DNA of 64,000 bases from Eledone cirrhosa (lineage: Eukaryota), in assembly GCA_964016885.1 (NCBI GenBank), contig OZ024747.1:16306001-16370000 (forward strand), written 5' to 3'. Every line of letters begins with the position of its first letter. Positions within the stretch are counted from its first letter, which is position 1. The translations under genes and the position numbers were made by a program. Positions 1 to 15,291 of the stretch are shown in pieces. The notes beneath the pieces were generated by a model. That model made no database searches and was not told where the DNA came from. It saw only the letters and a program-made list of their open reading frames with translations.

Positions 1-368
1 TAGTAATTATTATTATGATGCCGGTGAAGTTGCCGTTATATTTAGTGTGATGGGATAGGTAGTGTATCAAGTTTCTGGTGTTGGTGAAATTGAAATTGCC
101 GCTGTTCTATATAGTGTAGACAGAGGGTGTTTTGTTCCATTTATAACCATTTTCTTTTTTTGAATACAAAATATATAATACAAAATTGAATATTTGAGCG
201 ATACAACAATATAATATGGATCCGAAACTTTATGGGACCTCATTCGGTGCCTTTATGCAACATTTGTGCTAAGAATTGTTCTTTCGCAATTGATTTAAAT
301 ATGTTAAAAATCAAAAAACTTACGGGAGCAATTTCGTGACGTTCTACCACCTCGTGCGTCTTCTTCCC

Positions 369-418
<50 letters not shown>

Positions 419-1896
419 GTTATTGGCGACCTACGTAGTAAATCGTATCATCGTGAGCTCCGCAAAGGTTTGTTATATTCAGTTGTTTAAAATTGCTATT
501 TATGGAAATTTGTTATTGTTAACTGTATATACGTGCACATACATTGATTTCTGAAAAGGACACTCAAAAATATTGGGGCCTTGAGCCCAAAATTTAAACT
601 TTTTATAATTATCAAACAAAAGTTTTTCTTTGAAAAATCATGGATGTCTCAGAGTCACTCCTTCCTCACAATCTAACACCTCACACCGACACTACCATTG
701 TAAATATTGCTACGTTTGCCAACACTGGAAATGTAAGCAGTAGCAATATTTTTAATTTGTCTCAGGCAGACGTTCATTTCCCGCCATTACCAATGACTGC
801 AGGTGTTAAAGCCGCCACCACCACCACCACCGCGACAACCACCACCCCACCACCACCACAGCGACAACAGATCCAAAAGAAAAAAATAAATTAATTCGTG
901 ATATCGAAATGAATTCAACCAAAATGAACTCTTCCACACCGACCATCACTGACCCCACCACCACCACAACTGAAACTAAAATTAACAATAGCAAAAATAA
1001 CGATAACAACAACAGTAACAATGAAATTAAGAAAACTACCCTGAGTTTTGCCAGAGTAGCAAAAACGTACGAAGCGATCCAGGTAACTCAGGAGGAATTA
1101 GAAGAAGCCAAAGGAATGGTAAAGAAAGATGGGTACAGGGTCAGTCTCACCCCCTCCCACATAATAAAATGGAGCAACGTCGCCTATGCACCGTGTCTTG
1201 TCGGACAATTAACATAAAATCGCGCCGAGTGGAACGGGCATCCGAGTCCCAAATCCAAAAAGCTTTGGGACATATGTGGGCCAAAAAACCGATTCAGACG
1301 TGGACAGAAGTATGGAACCGTGGCCATCTCTCCTACCCACCCCAATGACTCAACCATCAACACCACCAGCAGCAGATATGGCAGCAACAACTGTAGCAGC
1401 AACAACGGAGGCAACTGTAACAGCAACAACCCCAGCAACAGTAGCAAAACCAACACCACCACCACCCAACAAGCCAGAACTAACACCAGCGCCTACACCA
1501 TCCACCCCGCCACAACCAAAACTAACGCCTGTGGATGATTTTCCACTCCCCGGCCTATCACAACTGGAGACAGATTGTGACGACGAGGAGTGGGAAACGG
1601 TATCAGGACAAAAGAAAAAAAGAAACCCCAAAAGAAAAAAATCTGTTCCTTCCCCCTCCAAAAACAAAATACAGAGGGAAACAAATAAGCTATCAAATAT
1701 CCACACCAGCATCACCAACCCCATCACCCCAAATATCAACACCATCACCATCATTAACACCAACACCACCATCACCTACACCACAAAAGTCACCAAAAAG
1801 CGAAACAGAAACAAACCCACAACAAACGCAAACAAAATAAAACAACCAAAACGATACACACTACACAGCATTAAATTAGAACAACAACCTTTGACA

Positions 1897-2060
1897 AAGG
1901 CAAAGTGAACCTCGGCGGGATTTGAACTCCGTCCCTTTACGATCTGAGTTCAAATCACGCCGAGGTTAACTTTGCCTTTCATCCTTACGGGGTCGATAAA
2001 ATAAAGTACCAGTAATGAACTGGATAATTGTAGGCCTTGTGCCTAAAGTAGAAACAATTA
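1897..2060 (+). mobile_element. 5'-truncated SINE with an inverted 5' segment, inserted in the LINE ORF1 region
   Basis: 1897-1930 is the reverse complement of the SINE core and 1931-2060 is the sense SINE 3' part. Flanked by ttaaattagaacaacaacc / ttaaatttgaacaacaacc (TSD-like). Confidence 0.85.
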
Positions 2061-2373
2061 AATTTGAACAACAACCAATTATTACACTACATGCAACACA
2101 ACACCAGCATCACAGAAAAAGACTACACAAGAACCCCAAAGTTCACACCGCCTCCACACATACAAATTACTCGCATCACACAGAAAACGTACATGACACT
2201 AAAACAAAAATTCCCCAATGACATCGAAGACTTCCGACAAGCACTCTCGAGGAGGATTTATAAGGACATCCTTCCTGAGGAGGCCACAAGCAGTGAAAAG
2301 GATGGAAAAACCGTCCTTCCCCTACGAGAAGTAAGGTAAGTGGTCTTTCCCATCTTTTCCACTCCTTTTCAAC

Positions 2374-5300
2374 ATGACCTCACTCAGAATAGGCAGCATA
2401 AATGCGCGTGGCTTGGGGTCGTCATGGAAGCAGGGCCACCTGCTCAACGACCTCAGGTCACTAAACATAGATGTAGTGGCCATCAGCAAGACCAGAATCT
2501 CCGAAGCACGGGCCTTCGCACCGATCTTCGGCGGCTACGATGTGTACGTCTCCCAGCCGTCCGGGATCGCGGTGAGGAGTTGCTGTTCTTTTTCGGAGAG
2601 GTTTGGATTTTGCCATACGGGCCATCTTCCTGGACTCAGAAGGTAAGTTGGTGGTGCTGGACGTGACCAGCGGAGACGGGCAAGCTTTCAGGTTAGTTGC
2701 CGTCTATGCCCCGACAGGAGCAGGGCGGCCTGATTTCTTCCGGCGTCTGGAGACCTTTCTTGGAACGTCCCGCGCTTTAGTGTTTGTGGGCGACTGGAAC
2801 TGGATCTTAGATGCACGCTGGGACTGTGGGGGATTAGTGGATAGGGGAGGAGGGTGCAAGAGTCTCACCAACCTGCTCAGGCGTATTGAACGGTCTGACA
2901 GGTACCGATTGGATTTCCCGAATGTGCCAATGTGGACTTGGACAAATCGCAAGGGTTATCCAGATCATATCGAGAGTATTTTGTAGGGAAATAGATAGGT
3001 CTAGCATAGGCTGTCCACAATTCAAGATAGTCAGCTACACGGACCACAAATTCGTGATCTGTGTGCTTGACTTAGATAGGCTTCATAGACGAGGACCCGG
3101 CTACTGGAAGCTAAACGCGCCCTTACCAGTGCGCAAGGCCTACAGAGACCGGATTAGCGAACTTGTTAAGCGGGCGTTGACGGGGGCCATCGTCAACAAC
3201 AAGTGGTGGTTTGCTCTGAAAAGAGTCCATTAGGTTTAGTAAGGCTTTAGCAATAGAGAAACATAGAGCAGAGGGAGAATTAGTTAGAAACTTAGACGAG
3301 GCGCTTAGCAAAGGCATCGCGACCGACGTACTTGCGGCGAAATTGGCCCTTGACCAATTCTTCAATGCAAAGCACGAAGGCTGCGTTGTCAGAGCTAGGG
3401 TGCGTGCTCTCAACACGAGGGGACGAAAGCCGTTCAATGGGCCCGTGTGGCGGAGGCGCGTCGTGGCAACAAAGCCACGATCCGGTCTTTGGTGGACCAT
3501 AACGGGCGCCTGCTACTCGATCCCGGGCAAATGTGTGAAGCTTTTCAGCGACACTTCGCACAGCTGTTAGGGGGCAGCGGCGGGCCGGATCGAGGGATGG
3601 ACACTAGTGTCTACCTCGACGGACTGCCAAGGCTCTCGGCCACTGAGGCGGAGTGTTGTGAAAAGCCGATAACAGCCGCTGAAGTACGGGAGGCAATGAC
3701 TGGCAGCACAAGGGGTAAATCGCCTGGTTTGGATGGTCTGCCCTATGAACTTTACGTACAGATGCCAGACTTGTTCGGAGGCCTCTTGGCGGACGTCTAC
3801 TGCAACTGGCAACAGAACGGGAGAATTATCAGCTCTGTGAGCCGAGGAGCTGTGACGCTGCTGAGAAAGGATCCGAACAAGGGGGATAACATAGATAATT
3901 TTAGGCCCATAACCCTGCTAAACACAGAGTTCAAGATTTTGGCCAAGGTGTTAGCAAAGAGGTTGGCGCTTGTCGTTGGTGGTCTGTTGGGAGAGGCGCA
4001 GACATGCGCCATTCCCGACAGATCCATCCACGACAACCTCCATCTCATGCGATACACCGTAGAGAGGGTAGCTAGGGAACCTGGCACGAGTGGGTCTTTG
4101 ATCAATTTAGATCAGTCGAAAGCCTTCGATAGGGTCGACCATTGTTACCTAGCGGCAGCCCTGAGGGCGGCTGGCTTTGGGCCCGTCTTCAGAGGCTGGA
4201 TCGCTGCCATGCACAGCGACATCTGCTCTGTAGTGACAGTGAAAGGTCACCTTTCGGAACCGTTCAACATCATGCGCTCGGTCCGCCAAGGATGTCCCCT
4301 CTCGTCCCTATTGTACGTATTGACTCTCGAGGCATTACTGCACAAACTGGAGACGTTGAGGGGGGTCCCGCGCGAACTAGGATGCGGGAGATCCGTGTCA
4401 GCATATGCCAACGATGTCACCGTAGTGGTGTCGAAGGCCAAACACATCGAGGCGATCGGCACTACACTAAGAGAATACGAAGCGGTGACAGGAGCAATGA
4501 TCAACCAGGAAAAGTCAGTGGGCCTGCAGCTCGGCACCTGGAGAGGCAGGTCCATGCCGTCCAACAGCGTCGTGGGGCGCTGGACGGACGGACCGGTTAA
4601 ATTGCTAGGGGTCTGGTTCGGTCCAGACCTCCAGACGGACAAAAACTGGGACGAGGTGACGAGCAGGGTGGCTTCTCTCACCCAGAAATGGGCGGAGAGG
4701 AAGCTATCCCTGAAAGGTCGAGCGGAGGTGGCTAACGCGTACATCGCGTCCGTCATCTACTACCGCCTGACCGTCGTACCTTGTCCTAAGCCCCGCCTGA
4801 CTGCGCTGGAGCGTTTGCTCTTTCGCTTCTTGTGGAAGGGACGCGCTCCGATGGTCAAGCGGTCCATCTGCTGTCAACACCCGCTACGTGAAGTGCTGGG
4901 CATGGCGTGGCTGATGATGCGCAGACACGCGCTCAGGCTATGACATCTCCACCTCTTCCTCGACGGTGATCAGGTGTGGTCGCCGTTTGCTAGACACGTT
5001 TATCCCCAGCTCGTCTCCTTGACGGAGCTGCAGTCCTGGGTCAAGCGAAGACCGAGAGGGAGCGCTTGGAGACTGGAATGTCTTCAAGCGCTCACAGCCC
5101 TCGACAAATCGGGCAATGTGATCGGTGGAAACTCCACCTTGGCGTTCTATAGGGGATTAGTGGAGGGGAAGAGCGAGGACGTACTTGGAGAAACTCTAGG
5201 CGTCGACGAAAATCAACTAGCCAATCTCTTCGGAAGGACTTTCGGGCCGGGGCCTATGGACAACTTCCAGAAATCCCTGGCCTGGCAGTGCTACCGAGGA

Positions 5301-5761
5301 GCTTTCTCAGTTCGGGATAAACTCTGCAGGCATGGAGGTGCCGTCAGCCGGGCATCTCCGAGATGCGCGCAGGGCGACGAAACCGTCCTGCACGCACTCG
5401 TCCAGTGTCCGAGCATTGCTGACTTGTGGGTTTATGTCGAACACCTTCTGTCACGTGTAGGACGGATCCAGCTATCAGCTGAGTCCATTGTGAGGATTGC
5501 CCCGCCCTCCTCCTTTAGCCGGGAAGGGCAGGCAGTTTTTATCTGTCTGGTGGCCAGATAGTATGGTGGACACGTTTAAAAGGGCTGAAGACGAGCACTT
5601 ACCTCTTCGGTGATGCCCTGATTAACTTTTTCAAATTTCATTTGAAAAGGAAAATCAGGGTAGAGAGGGAAGTGCTCTCTTCCCAGCATTTTGTTGAAAG
5701 ATGGGTGAGAGAAGCAAGTATGGCCCGAATGAATGGGCCTTCTCTGAGTATGTGTCTGTAA
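2374..5761 (+). pseudogene. LINE ORF2 pseudogene (APE endonuclease + reverse transcriptase + Cys-rich C-terminus) with several frameshifts and stops
   Basis: Motifs seen: GSINARGL, VAVYAP, GDWN, TDHK, GYWKLN (APE); KSPGLDG, NFRPITLLN, LDQSKAFDRVDH, VRQGCPLS, YAND (degenerate YADD); CAQGDETVLHALVQCP. Split over at least 5 ORFs. Confidence 0.92.
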
Positions 5762-6023
5762 ATGAAAGGTGGAAAACTGGGAGAGGGCACTTGCCCTGGT
5801 GGTCAGGGCCACTGTGGTCTTTTAATGGGCTTTCTCCACAAATGTCCCTCAGAAGTCTCCCCTCTATTGGGGAATTTTTCTTTGTTATTTTATTTCAACC
5901 TCTGTTTTTTTACACGCAGAAATGCCCGTTTGTACCGTCCTGTATTGTCCTATACTGTCCTTAATGTCTACTTTATGTAAACCCTTGTGGTTAATAAAGA
6001 AAACATTTTTATTATTATTATTA

Positions 6024-6210
6024 GGGCGGTGGATTGGCAGTATCGGTAGAGAGTCGGACGCCATGCTTTCCAGCATAGTTACGTCTCTTTACCTTCTGAG
6101 TTCAAATCCCGCTGAGGTTGACTTTGTCTTTCATCCTTACGGGGTCGATAAAATAAAGGACCAGTAATGCTCTGGGTATTTGTTGGCCTTGTGCCTAAAG
6201 TAGAAACAAT
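6024..6210 (+). mobile_element. tRNA-derived SINE (~190 bp)
   Basis: gggcggtggattggcag head (A-box-like), gagttcaaatccc B box, core ctttcatccttacggggtcgataaaat, tail cttgtgcctaaagtagaaac + (ATT)n. Many copies in the window. Confidence 0.9.
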
Positions 6211-6229
6211 TATTATTATTATTATTATT

Positions 6230-6399
6230 ATTCTCCTTCTCCTCTTCCTCCTCCTTCTTCTTCTTCTCCTCCTCCTCCTCCTCCTCCTCCTTCTTCTCCT
6301 CCTCCTCCTCCTCCTCCTTCTTCTTCTTCTTCTTCTTCTTCTTCTCCTCCTCCTCCTCATCTTCCTCCACCTTCTCCTCATCCTCCTCATTCTTCTTCT

Positions 6400-6431
<32 letters not shown>

Positions 6432-6545
6432 TTCTTCTTCTTCTTCTTCTTCTTCTCTTGCTCCTCATCTTCCTCCTCCTTCTTCTTCCTCCTTCTTCTT
6501 CTTCTTCTTCTTCTTCTTCTTCTTCTTCTTCTTCTTCTTCTTCTT
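6230..6545. repeat. Compound (CTT)n/(CCT)n polypyrimidine microsatellite
   Basis: Seen directly; explains the poly-E/K/R/L ORFs. Confidence 0.95.
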
Positions 6546-6827
6546 TGCACAACTATTCGTTGGAGCGTCCTCAGAGCCAGCGTCCTCACATGCTCCTATC
6601 AGACGTAAATAATATTCAAACACTAAAATGAAATCTATGAATGAATCATTTCATAAGAAATGATATCTGCAAACAGCTCTTACGACTGTAAGTTTTTGTG
6701 TATTCAGAAAAATTCAAATTTAGGAAACATATATTAACGGATACAGACGCTCATGTCGTTCGTCAGTAATAGTGATTGTTACCGTTTTAGAGACCGCTTT
6801 TGTTTCAATTATTCACGGAATTATTCA

Positions 6828-7020
6828 GGGCGTTGGATTGGCAGTATTGGTTGTGGGTCGGACGCCATACTTTGACGCATATAGTTACAATCTTTTCCAT
6901 TCTGAGTTCAAATCCCGCCGAGGTTAACTTTGCCTCTAATCCTTACGTGGTCGCTAAAATAAAGTACCAGTAATACACTGGAATAATTGCTGGCCTTCTG
7001 CCAAAAGTAGAAAAAATTAT
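6828..7020 (+). mobile_element. tRNA-derived SINE copy
   Basis: Aligns by eye along its full length to 6024-6210 and 33889-34074. Confidence 0.9.
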
Positions 7021-7278
7021 TGACGGGATAAGAAAAACTTGAGTGAGATTTTAAATGAAAATGTTAATGAATAAATGGAGTCAAACACATCGCTGTTTTC
7101 TTATCACTTTGTCATTTTTGCTTAAATCTTTTGTTATTATAATCATATTTTATTCAGTAAATACATTAAAAAAATGGTTGAGTTAATGACCAAAACAAAT
7201 TTATTTTTTGTGTATTTTCATATATTACAAACAAATAAAACATAAGCGGTAATAATGATGATGATGATGGTGATGAAG

Positions 7279-7341
<63 letters not shown>

Positions 7342-7444
7342 TAATAATAATAATAACAATAATAATAATTATAATAATAATAATAATCAAAATTATGATT
7401 AAAATTATAAAATGTTATAATTACATTAATTAGCGTAACAATTA

Positions 7445-7650
7445 TTTATATGGCCACAAGACCACATATAGGGGAGGGACATGTTTGACAATATTTGACC
7501 CTCAGTACATGACCGAAACTAAATTTATATACCTCAGTTGGATCTGAGGCAACTCATACCACAATAAGATTTAAATCAGAATGTAGAGAGCCAGGGAAAA
7601 AAGTCATCACATTTTGTCTCAGACAGGTCTACCAACTCTGGCAATTCACC
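7445..7650 (-). mobile_element. Old, diverged SINE-like copy between (AAT)n tracts
   Basis: Degenerate similarity to the SINE on the minus strand (gatttaaatcagaatgtagagag...ctaccaactctggcaattcacc). Confidence 0.45.
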
Positions 7651-7688
7651 AAATTCCATTAAATTTAATAATAATAATAATAATAATA

Positions 7689-7754
<66 letters not shown>

Positions 7755-8999
7755 CAAATCATATCAATATGTATGGTATTGAAATGGTAATAATAACATT
7801 ACTCTTAATTGCCATATTAATAAAAAAAAGAAAACGAACATTTACAATGACAATGTTTGCCAATATACCCAAATTCCAACAAAATTTGGATATATAACAT
7901 CTTCTTAAAAACACAAAACATAATTTATAATAGAAAGCATTTTCAAGAGCTGCAAACTAAAATTGCCTTATCAAATATTTGAATCTGTAGAAACTAGCGA
8001 TGTTTTGTGTCAGTACAAATGCAATACACATACTCCTAAAAGTGTAAAGAAAAAGCAATGTCATGATAAAGAAGAGCAATATAATATATCCTGCAGAGCC
8101 CATCATCAATAAGAAGGGAAATGCCAGTTGACATTCATTTTGAAGCGGATCAAGTGTTCTGCTGGAAGTGATACATTTCTGTGCATTATCATGGCACGAA
8201 ATTCATTCCACTGTTGACATTAATTATAAATATTGGTAAAAATGAAAAAAAATGTTTCTGAGTAAGGAACTGAAATATGGTTGTTCTGCAAATTAGACGG
8301 AATTGATACACTATTGTTTTCTTTCGCGGTTCACATAGATATTATTAATACAGAACAAATTATTATGCAGCGAACACTACACGAAAACCGAAATGAAATT
8401 TATAAAATAATTTTAAAGAAGAGCAGGTACCGATCAATGGCCATTAGTAATACCAACATATATATGTATGTGTGTGTATGAATGTATGTATGTATGTGTC
8501 TATGCATATATGTATGTATGTTTTATGTAAATATGTATGCACTTATGTGTATATGCGTATGTATGTCTGCGTGTGCTCATGTATACTGATATATATGATT
8601 AGAGTATAGAGTTGATTCTAATTAAATCTTCAATTTAAACGAAAATGTAATATTGTTTCTAAGTGTAAATGGGGGAAGAACAAATAACTATTGGAAATTT
8701 AAATTCCATATTCCAAATACATTTCGAGTTAAACTTGGCATTTATTCAGACTTTATAAAACACATTATTCCACGAAATATCAGAAAACGATTAAAGTATA
8801 AATACATATTTATGTATGAATTTCTGGACCCGCAACTCCTGATAGAGTCATAGGGGCGCAATCATAAGATCCAGCGTGTCATGGGCATTTAAAAAATTTA
8901 GTGGACTTTTCCCCTGCATATCTGAACAGAGCTGATGTCTTCCAGAGATAGAGAAAGTGGGATAGAAAGGAGGTGAGTACGAGATATTTGGGACCTTTC

Positions 9000-9150
9000 G
9001 ACCCAAGTGCGGCATGTTTTTATCGGCTTAGGATGAATTAAAGGTGAAGTTTAGCTCGTCGGAATATAAAGCTCAAACAGCAGAGAGCCGGAACGAATGA
9101 CACAAATTATGGTATCCGAATCCCTCACGATTTTGCGAATTTGCAACCAT
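9000..9150 (-). mobile_element. Old, diverged SINE-like copy
   Basis: ttttatcggcttaggatgaattaaaggtgaagtttagctcgtcggaat resembles the reverse-complemented SINE core. Confidence 0.5.
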
Positions 9151-9493
9151 TAATAAATATTGAATCAAACTAGAATAAAAAGAAGTATTGAATGCCTGCA
9201 TAACTTCTTTTACGATAATTGCAATTACTGTTTATATTGACATAAGTGTATTTCTTTAGATATATAACTTAACATAGATACATATCTAAACGAAAATAAC
9301 AAAACAAAACAAATGGAATTAGAAAAAAAAACCATCCGATTAAAAAGGAAGTACCTCATTACCCTAAGACATATATTACAGTTACGTCGAGTAAATATAC
9401 AAACACACAAACCTATACCCATGCACACATGCCTCTGTGTGTGAGTGAGCGCGTGGGTAAATTACGCTGTCTATATGTATATATTCGTAAATA

Positions 9494-9606
<113 letters not shown>

Positions 9607-9626
9607 AAATAAAATAAATAAGTCAA

Positions 9627-9658
<32 letters not shown>

Positions 9659-11230
9659 ATTTGTATACACAGTAGATTGCGTAATTTTATTTTAATTTTA
9701 CCTACAATATAATTATGTGTGTACTCGTATAAATATATCAATATTTATATTTAATTTGCGATTATATTGAGAAACAATTTCATGTTTATGTGAACGTATA
9801 AGTGGTGAAATTAATAGAGAAGTTAAATTAGTATTTCTATGAAATTTGTGAAATATGTGTATCTCGCTATATAAGTATGGGTCTGGAAGAGTACTAGGTT
9901 TGTTCATAAACATTTGACGAAATTGTATGATATATAATTTTCGTACGTTCTGTTTTTTACACATTTAAATCAATGTGTTTGTTTTTTAATCGTAAGTGTA
10001 AAATATGGATATTTACTAGCCTACGGTGCAATTATAAACAGACGTTAGTAATATTAAAACCCGAATCATAATAATTATTTTTCTATTAATAAGGTAGAAG
10101 AAGGTTATCAGTTATATTATATTATATATTATTATTATTAAAAAGACGTAATCCTTCAATATTAATTGAATATATACATATATCCATACCTAGAGATATT
10201 ATTTAGTATTATTTATTATGAGATATGTTAATAATTATAACTGACCCTTACATGAGGGTTAGGGATTTCAGTATATTTGGTGAAAATGAAATACAGTTTG
10301 TTGGTTCCATCGCTAAACATTAAATACATTAATTTAGTCTGCTAATTGAATACTGCTGTTTCATTTTGTGCTATAATATTGGAACATATTGCAAGATATA
10401 TGAGTCAAATTTCTCTATTAATTCTAACACAAAATCTCTCACTCGTATACATACATATTAACAAACATAAAACTATTCATATTTAGTCGTCATCTCTCTA
10501 TATAAATGAAATGTGGTTATATTTATATGCATAATTACATATATATACATATATATATATATGTGAGTGTATGTGAGTGTTCGTGTGTGTGTGTGCGTGT
10601 GTATGTGTGTGTGATTATGTATGTATATATGTATTTATGTATGATTTATTCCAAACAATATTTCTCTTGTATTTTGTAACCTAATTTCCGCCGGAGAGAG
10701 AAACCAGAATCGTTTTATTAGCCTTCCTCGGGGGGAGTTCTGTGCTCTGTAAGCTGACATTGATTGATACGTAAAAATACTAAAATATATATTATTAATT
10801 GTTTTATATGTTTATATATGTTGATTTCATGTCTACCGCGTAAATGCGCGTGAGTTTAAATTATGTTTCTACACAAAAAAATAAGACATTTAAAATTTAG
10901 TAATATTTTGTTCTTCTACAATATACTACATTCGTGAGTAATACCCTTTTCCGTCAATTTTCAGATCTCCACGCTATTCTAGCGCATCTCTATATGGAAT
11001 CCACTTAGGAATATCTTTTTTTCTACTATCAAAATGGTGTTTTTCTACACATTTATTGTTGTCCTGCTCAACATGACATTCAAACCTGACCGTATTTATG
11101 TATGTCGTAAATGTTTCCCTCTCCTAATAATTTGTCAACAATGTACGTATATCTGTATGTGTATGTAACACATATTAATCATGTACATATAGATTCACAA
11201 ACATACACAAAACATACTACCCAAACGAAA

Positions 11231-11317
<87 letters not shown>

Positions 11318-11897
11318 CATTCAAAGATAAACGCAGATGCAGAGATATACGTGTGTACGTTTGCGTATGTGTGTATGTAGACATGTACGTACATATAGAA
11401 AGAAATCCTAAGAGACATCGTAGTAAATCATATTTGCCTTACGAAAACCCTGCATCCACATGTAATGAATACTTTTCACCCATATGTATATAAAAAAATG
11501 TACAGATATTTTCGTTGGAAGCTTATGTAATTATGCTATTTTGCTGGAAATAGTATAGCTTACAGGAAGAAGTCGTTTCATTGCAGTACACTCTTCATAT
11601 TATTGTTTACTTACAGGCATTATTTACTTACACGCATTGCAATAATTTCACATTTCATTTACTTTTCCCCGTATAACTTGAGACCAAATCTTACCTTGTA
11701 TGAATCAAAATATTTCTTTGTCACACGGACATTTGCTTTAAATTATAAAATAAATATATAATAGCTGGAATGATCTGAATCTGATGCAATTTAGATTTTC
11801 GTTTCTTTTTATTTACCTCTGAATGGTAATTTACAGTACTTTTAGCGGCTCTTTCTTTGGAATTGGAATAAACAAAAATTTGAATAAAATCAAATCA

Positions 11898-11933
<36 letters not shown>

Positions 11934-12692
11934 CAGCGTTGACATTCAATCAGGCATAAATATTTTCTAACGTTTGATTAAATATATTTATAAGCTGAAT
12001 AGTACAATAAAGCGCATGTATGTGGAAGGAGGCTACAATTAAATAACGCTAATACCATACATTCAAATTTCACTGCAATTAAAATATGCTTCTATCTTTA
12101 GTGGTGTCGAATGTCATACGGTTATAAAGAGAGATTTTGTCGATTCACACATCAATGTTACATTCCAAATCTGAAAGTAGTGTGATTGACCTAACTATTG
12201 TATATCGTATTTAATTACACAGTCGTACATCACACTGAATGTAATGGCATCTGTTATTTATAGAAGCACGGTTGAAGTCAATATTCCTTTGATTGGTCCA
12301 ATGTCACAACTTTCAAAGACGCGTATAAATACTTTTATCATTTCTAATATGTAGAGTATTGATGTACCTTTTTTTCGAAAGCTTTAAAGACAAAGTCCAT
12401 GTGTTAAGGAATTGACATCAGCATGTAAATAACTTGACGAATTTAGTCTAGTAATAATAATAATCATGATAAAAATATATTTTGGCTGGTGATTTGTAAC
12501 GAAAGATTTATTATCTAACACATGTATTAGTATAATTGTTATTATTTGCAATAATAATTAAGTTAGAGTATATCAGAATACTGTTTTTGTAATATGGTAT
12601 GTCAGATATTAATATGGATTGGATTTGTGTGCCTGGAATAACAGCGAATAATTAGGGAAAAGTGAGTGGATGTGTTTATGATTCTTTGTGTT

Positions 12693-12726
<34 letters not shown>

Positions 12727-12728
12727 AC

Positions 12729-12781
<53 letters not shown>

Positions 12782-13469
12782 TATATACATATTGAATATA
12801 TTTATTTGAATGATGGAGAGAATGATTGATTGATCGATTGATAGAATAAATCATTGATTCAAATTCTTTATCTTGGTTGAAAACGATTCAATGCTTTATA
12901 TTTAACGACAAAATGTTTTATAAATTAATTAATTCGTAAAACTACAAACCGTTCTTAGTGCGCAAGAGAATATGGCTTACAAATTACACGAGATCTAGTG
13001 ATAAGACTAAATAAAATACTATAGATTTAGGGCGCAACATATACAGATATAACCAACAAAATAATAATAACAAATAAATGCTGACATATGGATACACTGA
13101 AGCAACTTTGCTTGCCAAATTGAGAAATACACCGGAAACGAAAGAATAAATTTAATCATCTAAAAACAAATTCCTTCGAGTTAAATTAAATAAACCTATT
13201 ATTACATAGAGCTTGAAGAAATAAATACGTGCACATGCACACAAACACACACAAAAAGAAGAAACATACATATTCAATGACAGATGCAAACATACATATA
13301 TACTTATACACACACATAGATGCACACACTTACATATATGTGTAAGTGTTTGTAAAATCATAACAAGTATTATTCTTCATTTTTTCTTATTAATGTATGT
13401 GTTCAAATCCTTCCAGCCTAGACATAATATTCTTGGTTTCTATTAATTGCAAATAAATGAATAAATAAA

Positions 13470-14330
<861 letters not shown>

Positions 14331-14848
14331 TGTACAAGATTGGAGTCTACATAACATTCTTTATACTATATTATATTTTCATTCTCGAAATTAATAATGC
14401 TAATAATAAAATAAAATATATTCCGTTGGCTCGGTAATGGTTTCTACCGTATTTATAATAATTTGTGTATGAATGTAAAAAAAAAGTGTATATAACAGAG
14501 TAAAACCTTGAATAAATCCAAACACAGAATGAAAAACCAACAGGAAATATAATGGATTTAAAAAAAAAAAAAAATGTTAACCAATAAAATCATTACAAAA
14601 TACAAATAAATAAGAAATATCGAGGAAAAGCATTTTCCAAATAATATTAAACGTATTTGTTTCCTCACATGTTAGTAATTTTAAATTATTAATCAATTTC
14701 TGAAAATGGTAACGGTTAATTTAAAACAATTCAATAGTCATGTTGGTTTAGATGTCAGATATTGTATTTAGAATGAGTAATTATTATTTAATTACTACAA
14801 TGCGGAAATATTTTTGAACAAAAAATAATTATAAATAAGGTTGTAAAT

Positions 14849-15008
<160 letters not shown>

Positions 15009-15231
15009 AAGAGAGTGTGACAGAGAGAGAGAGAGACTAAATAAAGTGATTACAAACTGAAAAATCGATTACCTTTGAAGCATGCATGACGAAATTTGAG
15101 TAAGTAATCATATATTTAGTTAACATATACGTTATCATAGTTTGTATCCAACTTTTGTTTATTTCAATTGTGGTAAATATTTCTGACAAACAACCATTCA
15201 CATGTACATATAAGTATGTACATGTGTATGT

Positions 15232-15291
<60 letters not shown>

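Larger units (their letters stand above)
640..6008 (+). mobile_element. Decayed L1/Tx1-clade non-LTR retrotransposon (low-complexity ORF1-like region, broken ORF2, 3' UTR ending in an (ATT)n tract)
   Basis: ORF fragments 2374-5761 give APE endonuclease, RT and zf-RVT motifs. The 3' end ...aaacccttgtggttaataaagaaaacatt abuts (ATT)n. The 5' boundary is approximate. Confidence 0.85.

Noticed and set aside
6024-6120. tRNA gene (A/B boxes)
   Set aside because: This is the head of a multi-copy SINE; there is no complete cloverleaf.
6079-6631. Poly-E/K/R 'protamine-like' ORFs
   Set aside because: They come from the (CTT/CCT)n microsatellite following a SINE tail.
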